Below are positions 11,228 through 20,739 of a DNA stretch of 64,000 nt, piece after piece. The first letter of the stretch is position 1. Each line of letters opens with the position of its first letter. The translations under genes and the position numbers were made by a program. The stretch is taken from positions 33,559 to 97,558 of the forward strand of contig CAJTMC010000002.1 in the NCBI GenBank assembly GCA_910577115.1. Reading direction: 5' to 3'. This DNA is from an uncultured Lachnospiraceae bacterium (lineage in GTDB: Bacteria > Bacillota > Clostridia > Lachnospirales > Lachnospiraceae). Below the pieces are notes generated by a model that worked only from the letters and a program-made list of their open reading frames with translations, ran no database searches and was not told the DNA's origin.

Positions 11228-11401
11228 AGTGAATCTCCTTTTGTCCATAACCTGCAAGTTTGTGGGCGCGCAAGCTCGTGGGTGAAAGATTTGCCTTTTA
11301 AAAAATCCTATTTATATCATATCACGCCATACTTTAAATTTCCACCCAAAATAAAATTGCCAAATATTCTGTTATCATTTTAAGAATTTTTTACCAGCCT
11401 G

Positions 11402-11427
11402 CGAATCGCCGCATTCCTGCATATATT
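11402..11427 (+). promoter_or_regulatory. Possible mother-cell (sigma-E/K type) promoter of cotJ
   Basis: CATATATT -10-like element at 11420-11427 upstream of a spore coat operon; -35 unclear. Confidence 0.35.
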
Positions 11428-11515
11428 ACCAGCATATCACACCCTGTTATGGCAAAAAATAACCTTGTAACCCGTTGAAAGTCAACCAAAAACGTAACAA
11501 AAAACGGAGGCGCTT

Positions 11516-11992
11516 ATGAACAACCAAACTACATGTCAATGTACCGCCGAAACACTTGCGATGGCATCCGTTCCGATGCAGGAATGGTGTGAGCCTTACG
11601 ACCTTGCCACAGCAATCTACAACGGTACACTTTTCCCATGTCTGAACCTGAACTTTTTTGATGCCGAGGACATTCCCTGTCCGTTTTGTGACAAACCCGC
11701 GCTCACAAAAGCGGCAGAGCAGGAAAAAGCACTGATTGAAATTTGTAAAATCGGTTTTGCACTCAATGACCTTACGCTTTATCTTGACACACACCCCGAT
11801 TGTCAAAACGGTATCAATATGATGAAAGACCTTTTGCAGCAGCGTCTTGACGCGCTTGCGGAATATGCCAAAAAGTATCACCCGTTGACGCAGCTTTCCA
11901 TTGTAACGGGAAAACCTGACTCAAAGCAGTACGAATGGGACGAAGGACCGCTCCCTTGGGACCCGTTTGGGGACTGCGCTTTGCACAAATAA
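11516..11992 (+). CDS. cotJB: Spore coat protein, CotJA-CotJB fusion
   Basis: CotJA motif LAMASVPMQEW...GTLFPCL followed by CotJB motifs DLTLYLDTHP and WDEGPLPW. Confidence 0.85.
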   Translation: MNNQTTCQCTAETLAMASVPMQEWCEPYDLATAIYNGTLFPCLNLNFFDAEDIPCPFCDKPALTKAAEQEKALIEICKIGFALNDLTLYLDTHPDCQNGINMMKDLLQQRLDALAEYAKKYHPLTQLSIVTGKPDSKQYEWDEGPLPWDPFGDCALHK

Positions 11993-12005
11993 GGAGGATT
12001 TGAAA

Positions 12006-12617
12006 ATGTGGGCTTATGAAAAACGACTTCAATACCCGGTAAAAATTACCAAAACATGCCCAAAGACCGCACAGCTTATTATCAGCCAGTACGGCGGTCC
12101 CGACGGCGAGCTTTCTGCGTCCATGCGTTATCTCGCGCAGCGGTATTCCATGCCTGTCAAAAAAGTCGGTGGTCTTTTGACGGATATTGGTACGGAGGAA
12201 ATCAACCATATGGAAATTATCTGTGCCATTGTCTATCAGCTGACAAAAAACCTTACGCCGGAGCAGGCAAAAACCGCGGGCTTTGACGCTTACTATATCG
12301 ACCACACTGCCGGACTTTGGCCGCAGGCGGCGGCAGGTGTTCCCTTCACCTCACTGGAATTTCAGTCTAAAGGCGATGCGTTTGCCGATTTGTATGAGGA
12401 TTTAGCGGCAGAGCAGAAAGCACGTACAGTCTATGAAAATCTGCTGCGCGTCATTGATGATCCGGACGTGCGCGCCCCGTTAAAATTCCTGCGCGCAAGG
12501 GAAATCGTGCATTTCCAGCGTTTTGGAGAGGCTCTCGAAATGACGAAGGACAAACTCGACCATAATAATTATTATTTCTTTAATCCGGAATTTGATAAGA
12601 AAATGTTGAAAAAATAA
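12006..12617 (+). CDS. cotJC: Manganese catalase family spore coat protein CotJC
   Basis: MWAYEKRLQYPV, QYGGPDGELSA, DIGTEE, REIVHFQRFGE; AAGGAGG RBS before ATG 12006. Confidence 0.93.
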   Translation: MWAYEKRLQYPVKITKTCPKTAQLIISQYGGPDGELSASMRYLAQRYSMPVKKVGGLLTDIGTEEINHMEIICAIVYQLTKNLTPEQAKTAGFDAYYIDHTAGLWPQAAAGVPFTSLEFQSKGDAFADLYEDLAAEQKARTVYENLLRVIDDPDVRAPLKFLRAREIVHFQRFGEALEMTKDKLDHNNYYFFNPEFDKKMLKK

Positions 12618-12676
12618 TTCAAAAAAAGGAGAACGCGGATGAACACACGTTCTCCTTTGCTTTTTATGAAATGCTT

Positions 12677-13513
12677 TTATACCGTAATCACACCACACAT
12701 TCCAAGTGCAATCACAACAATGCCAAGCACAATCCTGTACCAGCCAAATATCTGAAAATCATGCTTTTTAATATAGTCCATGAGGAATTTTATGACGAAC
12801 ACCGACACTACAAACGCCACAACCATTCCGACAATCAGCACACACGCTTCCGCGCCTGTAAAAGTAAAACCAAACTTTACAATCTTCAAAAGACTTGCTC
12901 CAAACATGACCGGAATTGCAAGAAAGAAAGTAAACTCTGCCGCCACGCTCCTTGACACACCGATGAGCAGCGCGCCTACAATCGTTGCTCCTGAGCGCGA
13001 GGTGCCCGGAAAAATTGCTGCAATCAACTGGAAAACGCCGATAATCAACGCTGTCTGAAATGTAATATCATTCAGCGTTTTTACCTTAGCGCGCTTTCCT
13101 TTATTTTTTCTTTCTACGATTATAAATGCAATTCCAAAAACAATCAGCGCAACCGCCACAGGAATTGCATGGTAGAAAAGCTCCTCGCAGATATCGTCAA
13201 ACAATAGCCCTACAACTGCTGCCGGAATACATGCTACCACGATTTTCAGCCACAGCATAATCTTATCCATCTCAATCACCGGTTTTGACTTATCCTTAAA
13301 TTGAAACGGAAAAATCTTTCCCCAAAACAGGATCACTACGGCAAGAATCGCGCCAAGCTGTATCACCACAAGAAACATTTCCAAAAACTCCGATGTACAG
13401 TCGAGCTTAATAAACTCGTCAAGAATAATCATATGTCCGGTACTGCTGACGGGCAGCCACTCCGTAATTCCCTCTACAATGCCAAACAATATTGCCTTTA
13501 AAATCTCTATCAT
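12677..13513 (-). CDS. uppP: Undecaprenyl-diphosphate phosphatase
   Basis: GIVEGITEWLPVSSTGH, PGTSRSGAT. Confidence 0.96.
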   Translation of the reverse strand: MIEILKAILFGIVEGITEWLPVSSTGHMIILDEFIKLDCTSEFLEMFLVVIQLGAILAVVILFWGKIFPFQFKDKSKPVIEMDKIMLWLKIVVACIPAAVVGLLFDDICEELFYHAIPVAVALIVFGIAFIIVERKNKGKRAKVKTLNDITFQTALIIGVFQLIAAIFPGTSRSGATIVGALLIGVSRSVAAEFTFFLAIPVMFGASLLKIVKFGFTFTGAEACVLIVGMVVAFVVSVFVIKFLMDYIKKHDFQIFGWYRIVLGIVVIALGMCGVITV

Positions 13514-13574
13514 TATTTATGCCCCTTTATACTTTTCTGCAATACCAAATAATATTGCCTTTAAAATCTCTACC
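13474..13574. repeat. 38-bp direct repeat duplicating the 5' end of uppP
   Basis: 13474-13511 vs 13537-13574, 34/38 identical, 63 bp apart. Confidence 0.8.
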
Positions 13575-13677
13575 TTTTTCTTATTTCCCCAAACAATCAA
13601 AGCTTAAAGCCTGCTGTGAGAAGAAATCACTTTGCATAGCATAGAATTTTAACTATGCTTCCAACAACACAATGACT

Positions 13678-14877
13678 TTAACGTTTCTTCACACCATACT
13701 CCGTTTCGACAAACTTGCGAAGCGCCGCCATCGCACGCTCCACTTTCTCCGTTTCGATACAATATGCCATTCTGAAATATCCTGGACAACCAAAAGAATC
13801 TGCCGGTACAAGCACAAGATCATAATTCTTCGCCTTATTACAAAATGCAACCGAATCCTCCTCAAGCGCCTTGGGGAAAATATAAAATGTTCCGCCCGGC
13901 TTTACAACCTCAAACCCTAAACTGACAAGTGTGTCATAAATAATATTCATGTTTTTCTCATATACGGACAAATCCGACGTCACGCCGAGAATATCTGCTA
14001 CTGCTATCTGTATGATTGACGGCGGGCAATTATGACCGATACCTCTCGAAATCTGACCGCACATTACGGAAATCAACGCGCTATCCGTACATTTCGGATT
14101 TGCTGCCACATATCCAAGACGCTCGCCCGGAATCGACATGGATTTTGCAAACGAATAGCACGAAAGAGTATTGTCGTAAAATTTTGACACGTAGGGTGCG
14201 TCTACACCTGTAAAAATAATTTCCCTGTATGGCTCGTCCGATATGATAAAGATGTCATGTCCGTATTCTTTCTGCTTTTCCTCCAAAACTGCGGCAAGTT
14301 TCTTTAATGTTTCCGTAGAATAAACTGTACCGGACGGGTTATTCGGCGTATTGATAAGCACTGCCATCGTCTTTGGGTTTAATATCTTTTCCAACGCGTC
14401 GAAGTTAATCTGAAACTGCTTTGTATCGGCAGGCACGACCTTTAATACTGCTCCTGTCTGGTTGATATAGTGATTGTATTCCGGAAAATACGGTGCAAAT
14501 GTAATCACCTCATCTTGCGGCTGTGTCACTGCTCTTGCCGCATGTGCAACCGCGCCCGCTGCACCGGTTGTCATAAACAAATGTTCTGCTGTATAATTCA
14601 TGTCATATGTTTTATTCAAATATTCGGCAAATTTCGCCCGCACTGACGGAATACCCTGCGACTGGCTGTAACCATGCAGATCCATTGTATCTTTCGTCTG
14701 CAAAAGTTCTATCATTTTATCCGTAAATTCCTGCGGTACCGGAACCGAAGGGTTCCCAAGACTGAAATCAAATACATTCTCCGCGCCGATTTCCTTCGCG
14801 CGTCGCCCTGCCCACTCCGACAATTCCCTGATGACCGACTTTGCTCCAAGCATGTCTTTATATTTTTGCGAAACCAT
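13678..14877 (-). CDS. PLP-dependent class I/II (aspartate-type) aminotransferase
   Basis: FSLGNP, NTPNNPSG, ISDEPY, SFAKSMSIPGERLGY. Confidence 0.92.
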   Translation of the reverse strand: MVSQKYKDMLGAKSVIRELSEWAGRRAKEIGAENVFDFSLGNPSVPVPQEFTDKMIELLQTKDTMDLHGYSQSQGIPSVRAKFAEYLNKTYDMNYTAEHLFMTTGAAGAVAHAARAVTQPQDEVITFAPYFPEYNHYINQTGAVLKVVPADTKQFQINFDALEKILNPKTMAVLINTPNNPSGTVYSTETLKKLAAVLEEKQKEYGHDIFIISDEPYREIIFTGVDAPYVSKFYDNTLSCYSFAKSMSIPGERLGYVAANPKCTDSALISVMCGQISRGIGHNCPPSIIQIAVADILGVTSDLSVYEKNMNIIYDTLVSLGFEVVKPGGTFYIFPKALEEDSVAFCNKAKNYDLVLVPADSFGCPGYFRMAYCIETEKVERAMAALRKFVETEYGVKKR

Positions 14878-14918
14878 AACAATGTCCTCCTATTATCTCT
14901 TATTTCTTTTGTTTGTAT

Positions 14919-15035
14919 TTATTGAATTTTTTCTGTTTCCGGAATATAAACCATTCCAAACAACTCTTTTAACAATCCTAACCTGCCTATTTTCATCAGC
15001 GAAATCAGCGGTGTTGTGTCTGCAACCACTATCAT
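14919..15035 (-). pseudogene. Truncated PIN-domain toxin (DUF3368-like), 38 aa
   Basis: MIVVADTTPLISLMKIGRLGLLKELFGMVYIPE then an early stop; ATGA overlap with the UPF0175 gene. Confidence 0.75.
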
Positions 15036-15313
15036 AGCAAGTCAGCCTCCAAGCTGTGAAACGTTTCAATTTCTTCTTCAACTTCCGAAAAATCCATGTT
15101 ATAATATGGCAGCCCTAACTCTTCATATACATGAATTAAATCGTACTTATTTATTCCTAATATTTCAGCAGCTCTTCCATGAGAAATGGTTTGATCATGA
15201 ATATATGGATACAACAACAAGGCATTTCTTTGTATTTCCGTCTTTTTATCTGACTTTGCTAAAAATAGTGTTAGCTCGCTTGGCACTTTCAATTTGTACT
15301 CAACAAAATCCAT
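15032..15313 (-). CDS. UPF0175 family putative antitoxin
   Basis: ISHGRAAEILGI helix-turn-helix, 93 aa, coupled to a PIN gene. Confidence 0.8.
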   Translation of the reverse strand: MDFVEYKLKVPSELTLFLAKSDKKTEIQRNALLLYPYIHDQTISHGRAAEILGINKYDLIHVYEELGLPYYNMDFSEVEEEIETFHSLEADLL

Positions 15314-15473
15314 AAATTACACCTCCGTTTCGCTTTGCAAGTATTATTACCACATCGAAACTATCCATAGACGCGTTTTCTGATTAACCTATTATAATCC
15401 CTATAACATACATACCGCAAGCAAAAAAGTCCAAAACCTCTATTCATTGGCTTTGGACTTATCCTTAGCTATA

Positions 15474-15665
15474 TCACTCTTTTATTTCATCAATATCCGT
15501 AAGATTAACGCCTGCTACATTCAGAATCGCTTTCAAAGAGAGATATTTCTTTTTTAGTCTTGCGTATGTTTCTACTGCATTTTCTTTCTTTGCTAAAATC
15601 ATATATTCTTGAATTTCCGTAAACTCCTCAATTGCAGCTTTCGCAATTTCAAGTCCGTTTGGCAT
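15474..15665 (-). CDS. Small hypothetical protein (63 aa)
   Basis: Clean ORF, helical charged composition, followed by a hairpin at about 15426-15460. Confidence 0.7.
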   Translation of the reverse strand: MPNGLEIAKAAIEEFTEIQEYMILAKKENAVETYARLKKKYLSLKAILNVAGVNLTDIDEIKE

Positions 15666-15782
15666 ACAATCACCCGCTTCCCAAAGTTACTGTTCAATAC
15701 TTTCTCAACTACAATATGTTCTATCTTATTGTATCAAAAATAACAAACAGTGTAAACCCTATCTGTGCTGATGTTCGTCTCC

Positions 15783-17795
15783 TCACCGATACACAACCCG
15801 ATAATAACTCCCCGACGTAAACCGGAAAACGACAAAATATATCACCGCAAACACTGCCGTTGTTGCCGCAAGGCACCCGACAAACAGCGACGCATTTGTC
15901 AGCCCGAATATCTGCATGATAAGCTTGAGCATTGGAAACGCCATCGCAAGATGAATCACTGCGACCGTAATCGGCATAAAAAATACGGTTCGCATCTGCG
16001 TATGAATCGCCGCCTTTACCACGTCGCGGCTCAAGCCTACCTTCGTCATAATCGCAAAGCGTTCCCTGTCCTCAAAGCCTTCCGATATCTGCTTGTAATA
16101 AATAATCAGTACAGTTATCATCAAAAACATACTGCCAAGAAACAGCCCGAGGAACAAAAATCCGCCGTTTGTTTCCATATAAATATCTTTCTGTTCTGCC
16201 CTTGAAGTGCTCATAATCGTGTCAAATCCGAGCTGCTCCCCGCAAACGCGCAGCATTTCTGTCAGTGCAGACGCAAATGCCTTTCGCTCTTCCTGCGTTC
16301 CGTCGGTTTCTATTCCGATATGATACTGAACCGCGGTTCCTGTCCGAATTTGATCCAACCGGCTGTCGTCTGCTACAATCACATAAAGCACAGATTTGTC
16401 ACCCAAAAGCTCTGTCATTATTTGCCCATCCGGAGAGCTGCCGGGAAAAGCCGCTTTCTCCGAAACGGGATATTCTTTTCCAAACAGATTTATGGTATCC
16501 CATTCAAATTCCGTCAACGATGCAATTATCACATTCCCCTGTGCAAGCTCACCAAGCGCCTCTCCCGTATACGATTCGTAGTCCTTTTTGGTCATTACAT
16601 AAAGAAGGTTGATATCCGCAGCATCATACAATTCGCCGCTGTTATCGTAGCGCTCCACTTTATTTTCTTCATTGTGTGTTATGAACGGAGCGTCTGCATA
16701 TTCTGACACTTGTGTCAGTTTTCTGTTCTGCCGCCGCGCCACGTCTTCTATTTGATTCAGCAAATATTCCCGCGCTGCATCATCGGGCACATATTTAAAA
16801 TAAAGCGATACGCTAACCTCTGTCTGAAACTCTTTCTGCAAAAAATCTTCCATACCTGCATACAAACAGAGTGTCGATGAAACCATCACCAGCACCATTG
16901 TCGAAAGCACACAAATGCTTGCAAGTCCGACCGCGTTGCGCTTCATGCGGTAAAGCATACCGGAAACCGTTATAAAATGCGTTGTCTGATAGTAATACTT
17001 TTTATTCCTCTTAAGCAGCTTTAAAACAGCAATACTCACCGACATAAAAAGCGCATACGTTCCGACAATTACAAGAAGGACTGCCACGAAAAACATGTTG
17101 ACCGCTTCTAAAACGCCATAGACGGTAACTGCCAGATAATACCCTGTCAGGATACACGCCAAGCCTAACCCTGCCGAGATCCATTTTGCTCTCGGTTCGC
17201 GCTCCCCTACATTACTCCCATGCAAAAGCGCGATTGGATTTGCAAGCTTTACTTGGAGGAAATTGTATAAAAGCATCAAAATGTACACGATGCCAAAAAG
17301 CTGCGCAGTCTGCAAACATCCCCAGCCGGAAACAGAGAACGGGATTTTTTCTGACAGCCCTGTCAGTTTATAGAGAAACATCGCAGTCAGTTTATGAAAT
17401 ACGATGCCGAATACAAGTCCTCCGCAAACGGAAAGTCCGTATAAAATCACTGCCTCCCACGCCATCACTTTTGCAATATGCTTTTTCTCCATGCCGAGAA
17501 TATGATAAACGCCAAGCTCCTTCTTGCGCCGTTTCATTACGAAGCTGTTTGTGTAAAACAGGAAAATACAGGCACAGATGCCGACAATCACAAGACCTAA
17601 AGTGAGCACAATCCCAAGCGTCGCAGAGCCGCGCATCGTGTCAATGCCTTCATTTCCCTGAATGGCGCGCATGATATAAAACATCGCGGCGGATACCATG
17701 CCTGTCAGGATATACGGCACATAAAACTGTCTGTTATTTTTTAAGTTTGTTACTGCCATTTTGCAATAAAGGCTGCACTTAAAGCAATTCATCAC
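15783..17795 (-). CDS. BceB-like (FtsX-family) peptide-resistance ABC permease
   Basis: RRKKELGVYHILGM, multiple TM segments, large extracellular loop, IIYYKQISEG. Confidence 0.92.
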   Translation of the reverse strand: MMNCFKCSLYCKMAVTNLKNNRQFYVPYILTGMVSAAMFYIMRAIQGNEGIDTMRGSATLGIVLTLGLVIVGICACIFLFYTNSFVMKRRKKELGVYHILGMEKKHIAKVMAWEAVILYGLSVCGGLVFGIVFHKLTAMFLYKLTGLSEKIPFSVSGWGCLQTAQLFGIVYILMLLYNFLQVKLANPIALLHGSNVGEREPRAKWISAGLGLACILTGYYLAVTVYGVLEAVNMFFVAVLLVIVGTYALFMSVSIAVLKLLKRNKKYYYQTTHFITVSGMLYRMKRNAVGLASICVLSTMVLVMVSSTLCLYAGMEDFLQKEFQTEVSVSLYFKYVPDDAAREYLLNQIEDVARRQNRKLTQVSEYADAPFITHNEENKVERYDNSGELYDAADINLLYVMTKKDYESYTGEALGELAQGNVIIASLTEFEWDTINLFGKEYPVSEKAAFPGSSPDGQIMTELLGDKSVLYVIVADDSRLDQIRTGTAVQYHIGIETDGTQEERKAFASALTEMLRVCGEQLGFDTIMSTSRAEQKDIYMETNGGFLFLGLFLGSMFLMITVLIIYYKQISEGFEDRERFAIMTKVGLSRDVVKAAIHTQMRTVFFMPITVAVIHLAMAFPMLKLIMQIFGLTNASLFVGCLAATTAVFAVIYFVVFRFTSGSYYRVVYR

Positions 17796-17809
17796 AATCC
17801 CCGCCTTTC

Positions 17810-18583
17810 TTATGAAACTTTTTCGCCTTCGCTGCCTTGCGTCAGCATGGTCAGCGTGTCCGAAATTTTGGCATAAAGCTGCTCGTTTGTCAGGCTTCCG
17901 CGATATAATTGGTGGAACACTTCCCCGTCCTTGATAAACAGAATGCGGTTTGCATGACTTGCGGCATGGATACTGTGCGTTACCATGAGGATTGTCTGAC
18001 CATCACTGTTAATTTCGCGAAATACCTTTAGCAGTCCCGCCGTCGCCTTTGAGTCAAGCGCTCCTGTCGGTTCATCGGCAAGAAGTAGCTGCGGATTGGT
18101 TATGATTGCCCTTGCGACTGCGGTTCGCTGCTTTTGTCCGCCGGAAACTTCATACGGGAACTTTGCCAGCAGCTCCATGATGCCAAGCCTGCCTGCAACC
18201 GCTAAAAGCATCTGCTCCATTTGCGAAACGGATTTTTTTTGTAGTACCAGCGGTAACAGGATATTGTCCTTTAGGGAAAAAGTATCCAGCAGATTAAAGT
18301 CCTGAAATACAAATCCGAGGTTATCGCGGCGAAACGCGGATAATTCCTTTTCCGGAATTATTGTTAAATTTTTGCCATTCAGTAACACTTCCCCGCCTGT
18401 GGGTCTGTCGAGTGATGCCAGTATATTTAACAGCGTCGTCTTTCCGGAACCGGACTCCCCCATAATTGCTACGTACTCTCCTTTTTCAACGGAAAAATTC
18501 ATATTGGAGAGCGCCTGTACTTTTGTGCCGCCGAAACGGGTTGTATAGATTTTACTTACATTTTTTACTTCTAGCATTGACAT
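17810..18583 (-). CDS. BceA-like ABC ATP-binding protein
   Basis: GESGSGKTT, VSGGQKQR, LLADEPTGALD; GGAGGT RBS before ATG 18583. Confidence 0.95.
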   Translation of the reverse strand: MSMLEVKNVSKIYTTRFGGTKVQALSNMNFSVEKGEYVAIMGESGSGKTTLLNILASLDRPTGGEVLLNGKNLTIIPEKELSAFRRDNLGFVFQDFNLLDTFSLKDNILLPLVLQKKSVSQMEQMLLAVAGRLGIMELLAKFPYEVSGGQKQRTAVARAIITNPQLLLADEPTGALDSKATAGLLKVFREINSDGQTILMVTHSIHAASHANRILFIKDGEVFHQLYRGSLTNEQLYAKISDTLTMLTQGSEGEKVS

Positions 18584-18721
18584 GTTTACCTCCATTTGCA
18601 CACGTTTTTTGTGTATTACAAGTTTAGGTGTGTGCGTTTCAACTTTTTTACTGACTATTTATTTGTTTTTCTGTTGTAAGGAGATTATACCAAAAAAGGA
18701 AAATGCCAGCCATTTTCTAAG

Positions 18722-18757
18722 CTTACATTCTCCTTTTATTTCTTACAGTTTTGTAAG
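18722..18757. promoter_or_regulatory. BceR-type binding site upstream of the ABC operon
   Basis: CTTACA-N4-TGTAAG at 18742-18757 plus a second CTTACA half-site at 18722. Confidence 0.75.
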
Positions 18758-18873
18758 GAATGAAACGAATAGAAGTGGATTTACTTGAAAGCAAAGTAAT
18801 CCCAAGATTAAATACTATTGAGTCGTGTTATACATCAACTTTTGACAGATATAAAGATAGTGTACGTACCTTT

Positions 18874-19299
18874 TCATTCCTCATCTTGTGATACGAATTT
18901 CACAAAATCGTCCGGCAATAATGCCTTGACTTTGGATTGTTTATAATCCTTAATATTCCTTGTTACAATATAATCCATTTGGTTACGTTTCGCACAACAG
19001 GAAACGACGGCATCTTCATAGTCGTTCATGTTTGACAATAGCGCGTCCTGACAGTCATTTGCAGTGACATCTAAAATACCAAACAGTTGATAAAGTTTTG
19101 ACATAGTATTTTTAGACTGTTCTGTATTGTGCAAATGCTTCTTTATTAAGTAATAGATATCTGTAGCAGAACCGGCTGTAATATACATATCCTGTAACTG
19201 GTTTGCAGCTAACATAAAAATCTGCTCTGCTGATTCTCTAAAAGGTTCCCTGCCTGTCAATGCATCAATTATTATGTTTGTATCTACAAGTATTTTCAT
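18874..19299 (-). CDS. PIN domain toxin
   Basis: ILVDTNIIID, DYEDA, IVTRNIKDY. Confidence 0.9.
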   Translation of the reverse strand: MKILVDTNIIIDALTGREPFRESAEQIFMLAANQLQDMYITAGSATDIYYLIKKHLHNTEQSKNTMSKLYQLFGILDVTANDCQDALLSNMNDYEDAVVSCCAKRNQMDYIVTRNIKDYKQSKVKALLPDDFVKFVSQDEE

Positions 19300-19514
19300 T
19301 CTTCAGCATTCAACCTTTCTGCTTTTGCATCTTCTAAGCCGGCATCTTTCGGCAATATTCCAAACAAGGATTGCGCCATACTTACCCTGTTTTGATGAGG
19401 ATTCGTCAGTTTCGCAACCACTTTTCCGTTTTTTGTTATAAAAATATCTTCTTTAGCCGACAAAAGCAAGTACTTTCCCAAATTCTGTTTTAATTCAGTC
19501 GCTGTAATAGACAT
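19296..19514 (-). CDS. Phd/YefM family antitoxin
   Basis: ITATELKQNLGKYL, IFITKNGKVVAKL; ATGA overlap with the PIN gene. Confidence 0.9.
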   Translation of the reverse strand: MSITATELKQNLGKYLLLSAKEDIFITKNGKVVAKLTNPHQNRVSMAQSLFGILPKDAGLEDAKAERLNAEE

Positions 19515-19527
19515 ATCATCCCCTCCT

Positions 19528-19566
19528 TCGCACTATTATTATATATTATTCGTGCGATTGTGTAAA
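19528..19566 (-). promoter_or_regulatory. Toxin-antitoxin promoter with putative operator
   Basis: TTTACA-17-TATAAT; TCGCAC/GTGCGA inverted repeat flanks the -10 box. Confidence 0.55.
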
Positions 19567-19607
19567 GGTATTCGTATGTTTTAAGGTTTTATGGTTTCAT
19601 ATTAAAA

Positions 19608-20714
19608 TCATATAACAATTTCCGCCCGCGTCCCGTTTCCTTCCTCCGACGTAATGACAAGCCGATGTCCAAGTTTTGCCAATATCGCCTTGCACAAATA
19701 AAGCCCTATCCCCGTAGAATACTGATCGGCGTGTCCGTTATAACCGGTATACCCTTTTTCGCAAATCCGCGGAAGATCCTCTGCGCGAATCCCGATACCC
19801 GTATCTTCTATAATAATATGAACACTCTCCTCCCTCTCCACAGCATCTCTTTCATACCAATGCCCGCAAGACTGCGTTTCCCCCAAATCCGAAGTACGCT
19901 CACAATCCTGCCCCTGCGCAGAACGAGCCACACAAATCGTAACGCCGCCCTGCTTCGTATACTTGACCGCATTTGCCAAAAGCTGGTCAATAACAAACCC
20001 CAACCACTTTTTGTCCGTCACTGCCATAATATCCTGCGGTTCATATTGCAGACGCAGCTTTTTATGAATAAACAGCTTCGCATACTTATGAATGGAAGTT
20101 TTAATCACCGCATCAAGCATCACGTTCTGAAACACAAAATCATTTGTTTCGGAGCCAAGACGCGTATACTGCAACGCCATATCCGCATACTGTTCTATCC
20201 GGAAAAGTTCATGATACTTCTGCCGTTCCTTTATGACACATGTGTCATTTTCTTCCCGTTCCTCCGCGTCTAAATACATCGACATTGTTTCGTCAATCAA
20301 AAGCCTTAATGCCGCAATCGGCGTCTTAATCTGGTGTACCCACATGGAATAATACTCCGATAAATCCTTTTGCCGATTGAGCATCTCATTTTGAAGCTGA
20401 TTCTTTTCCTGCAAAATCGCCCTAATACAGTCCTGATACTGCTGTTCGTACAGGTATTCGGGCGTTTTCATATCATTTGATGCCACTGCGATATTGCTGC
20501 GCATCTCGTCCAGCCAGCGAAGACTTTCAAAATGTCTGCCATATCCCGCAACGACTGCCACAAACGTAACAAATGCACACACAAGCAGTCCGTATCCAAT
20601 TTCAAAAAAAGGAATCCCATTGACCAGCATTGTCACAATCATCACAAGCGCCATACACAAAATCACAGCAAGCCATCTTATATTCTCTTTGATATATCCC
20701 TTAAAATGTTTCAT
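19608..20714 (-). CDS. BceS-like intramembrane-sensing histidine kinase
   Basis: Two adjacent TM segments, WVHQIKTP, NAVKY, DTGIGI, STGIGLYL. Confidence 0.93.
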   Translation of the reverse strand: MKHFKGYIKENIRWLAVILCMALVMIVTMLVNGIPFFEIGYGLLVCAFVTFVAVVAGYGRHFESLRWLDEMRSNIAVASNDMKTPEYLYEQQYQDCIRAILQEKNQLQNEMLNRQKDLSEYYSMWVHQIKTPIAALRLLIDETMSMYLDAEEREENDTCVIKERQKYHELFRIEQYADMALQYTRLGSETNDFVFQNVMLDAVIKTSIHKYAKLFIHKKLRLQYEPQDIMAVTDKKWLGFVIDQLLANAVKYTKQGGVTICVARSAQGQDCERTSDLGETQSCGHWYERDAVEREESVHIIIEDTGIGIRAEDLPRICEKGYTGYNGHADQYSTGIGLYLCKAILAKLGHRLVITSEEGNGTRAEIVI

Positions 20715-20739
20715 CTGTTGCCCCCATGTTCAATTGCAA

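Noticed and set aside
11245..11300. c-di-GMP-I riboswitch (GGCAAA start on the minus strand)
   Set aside because: No GAAA tetraloop stem or GCAAAG P2 element.
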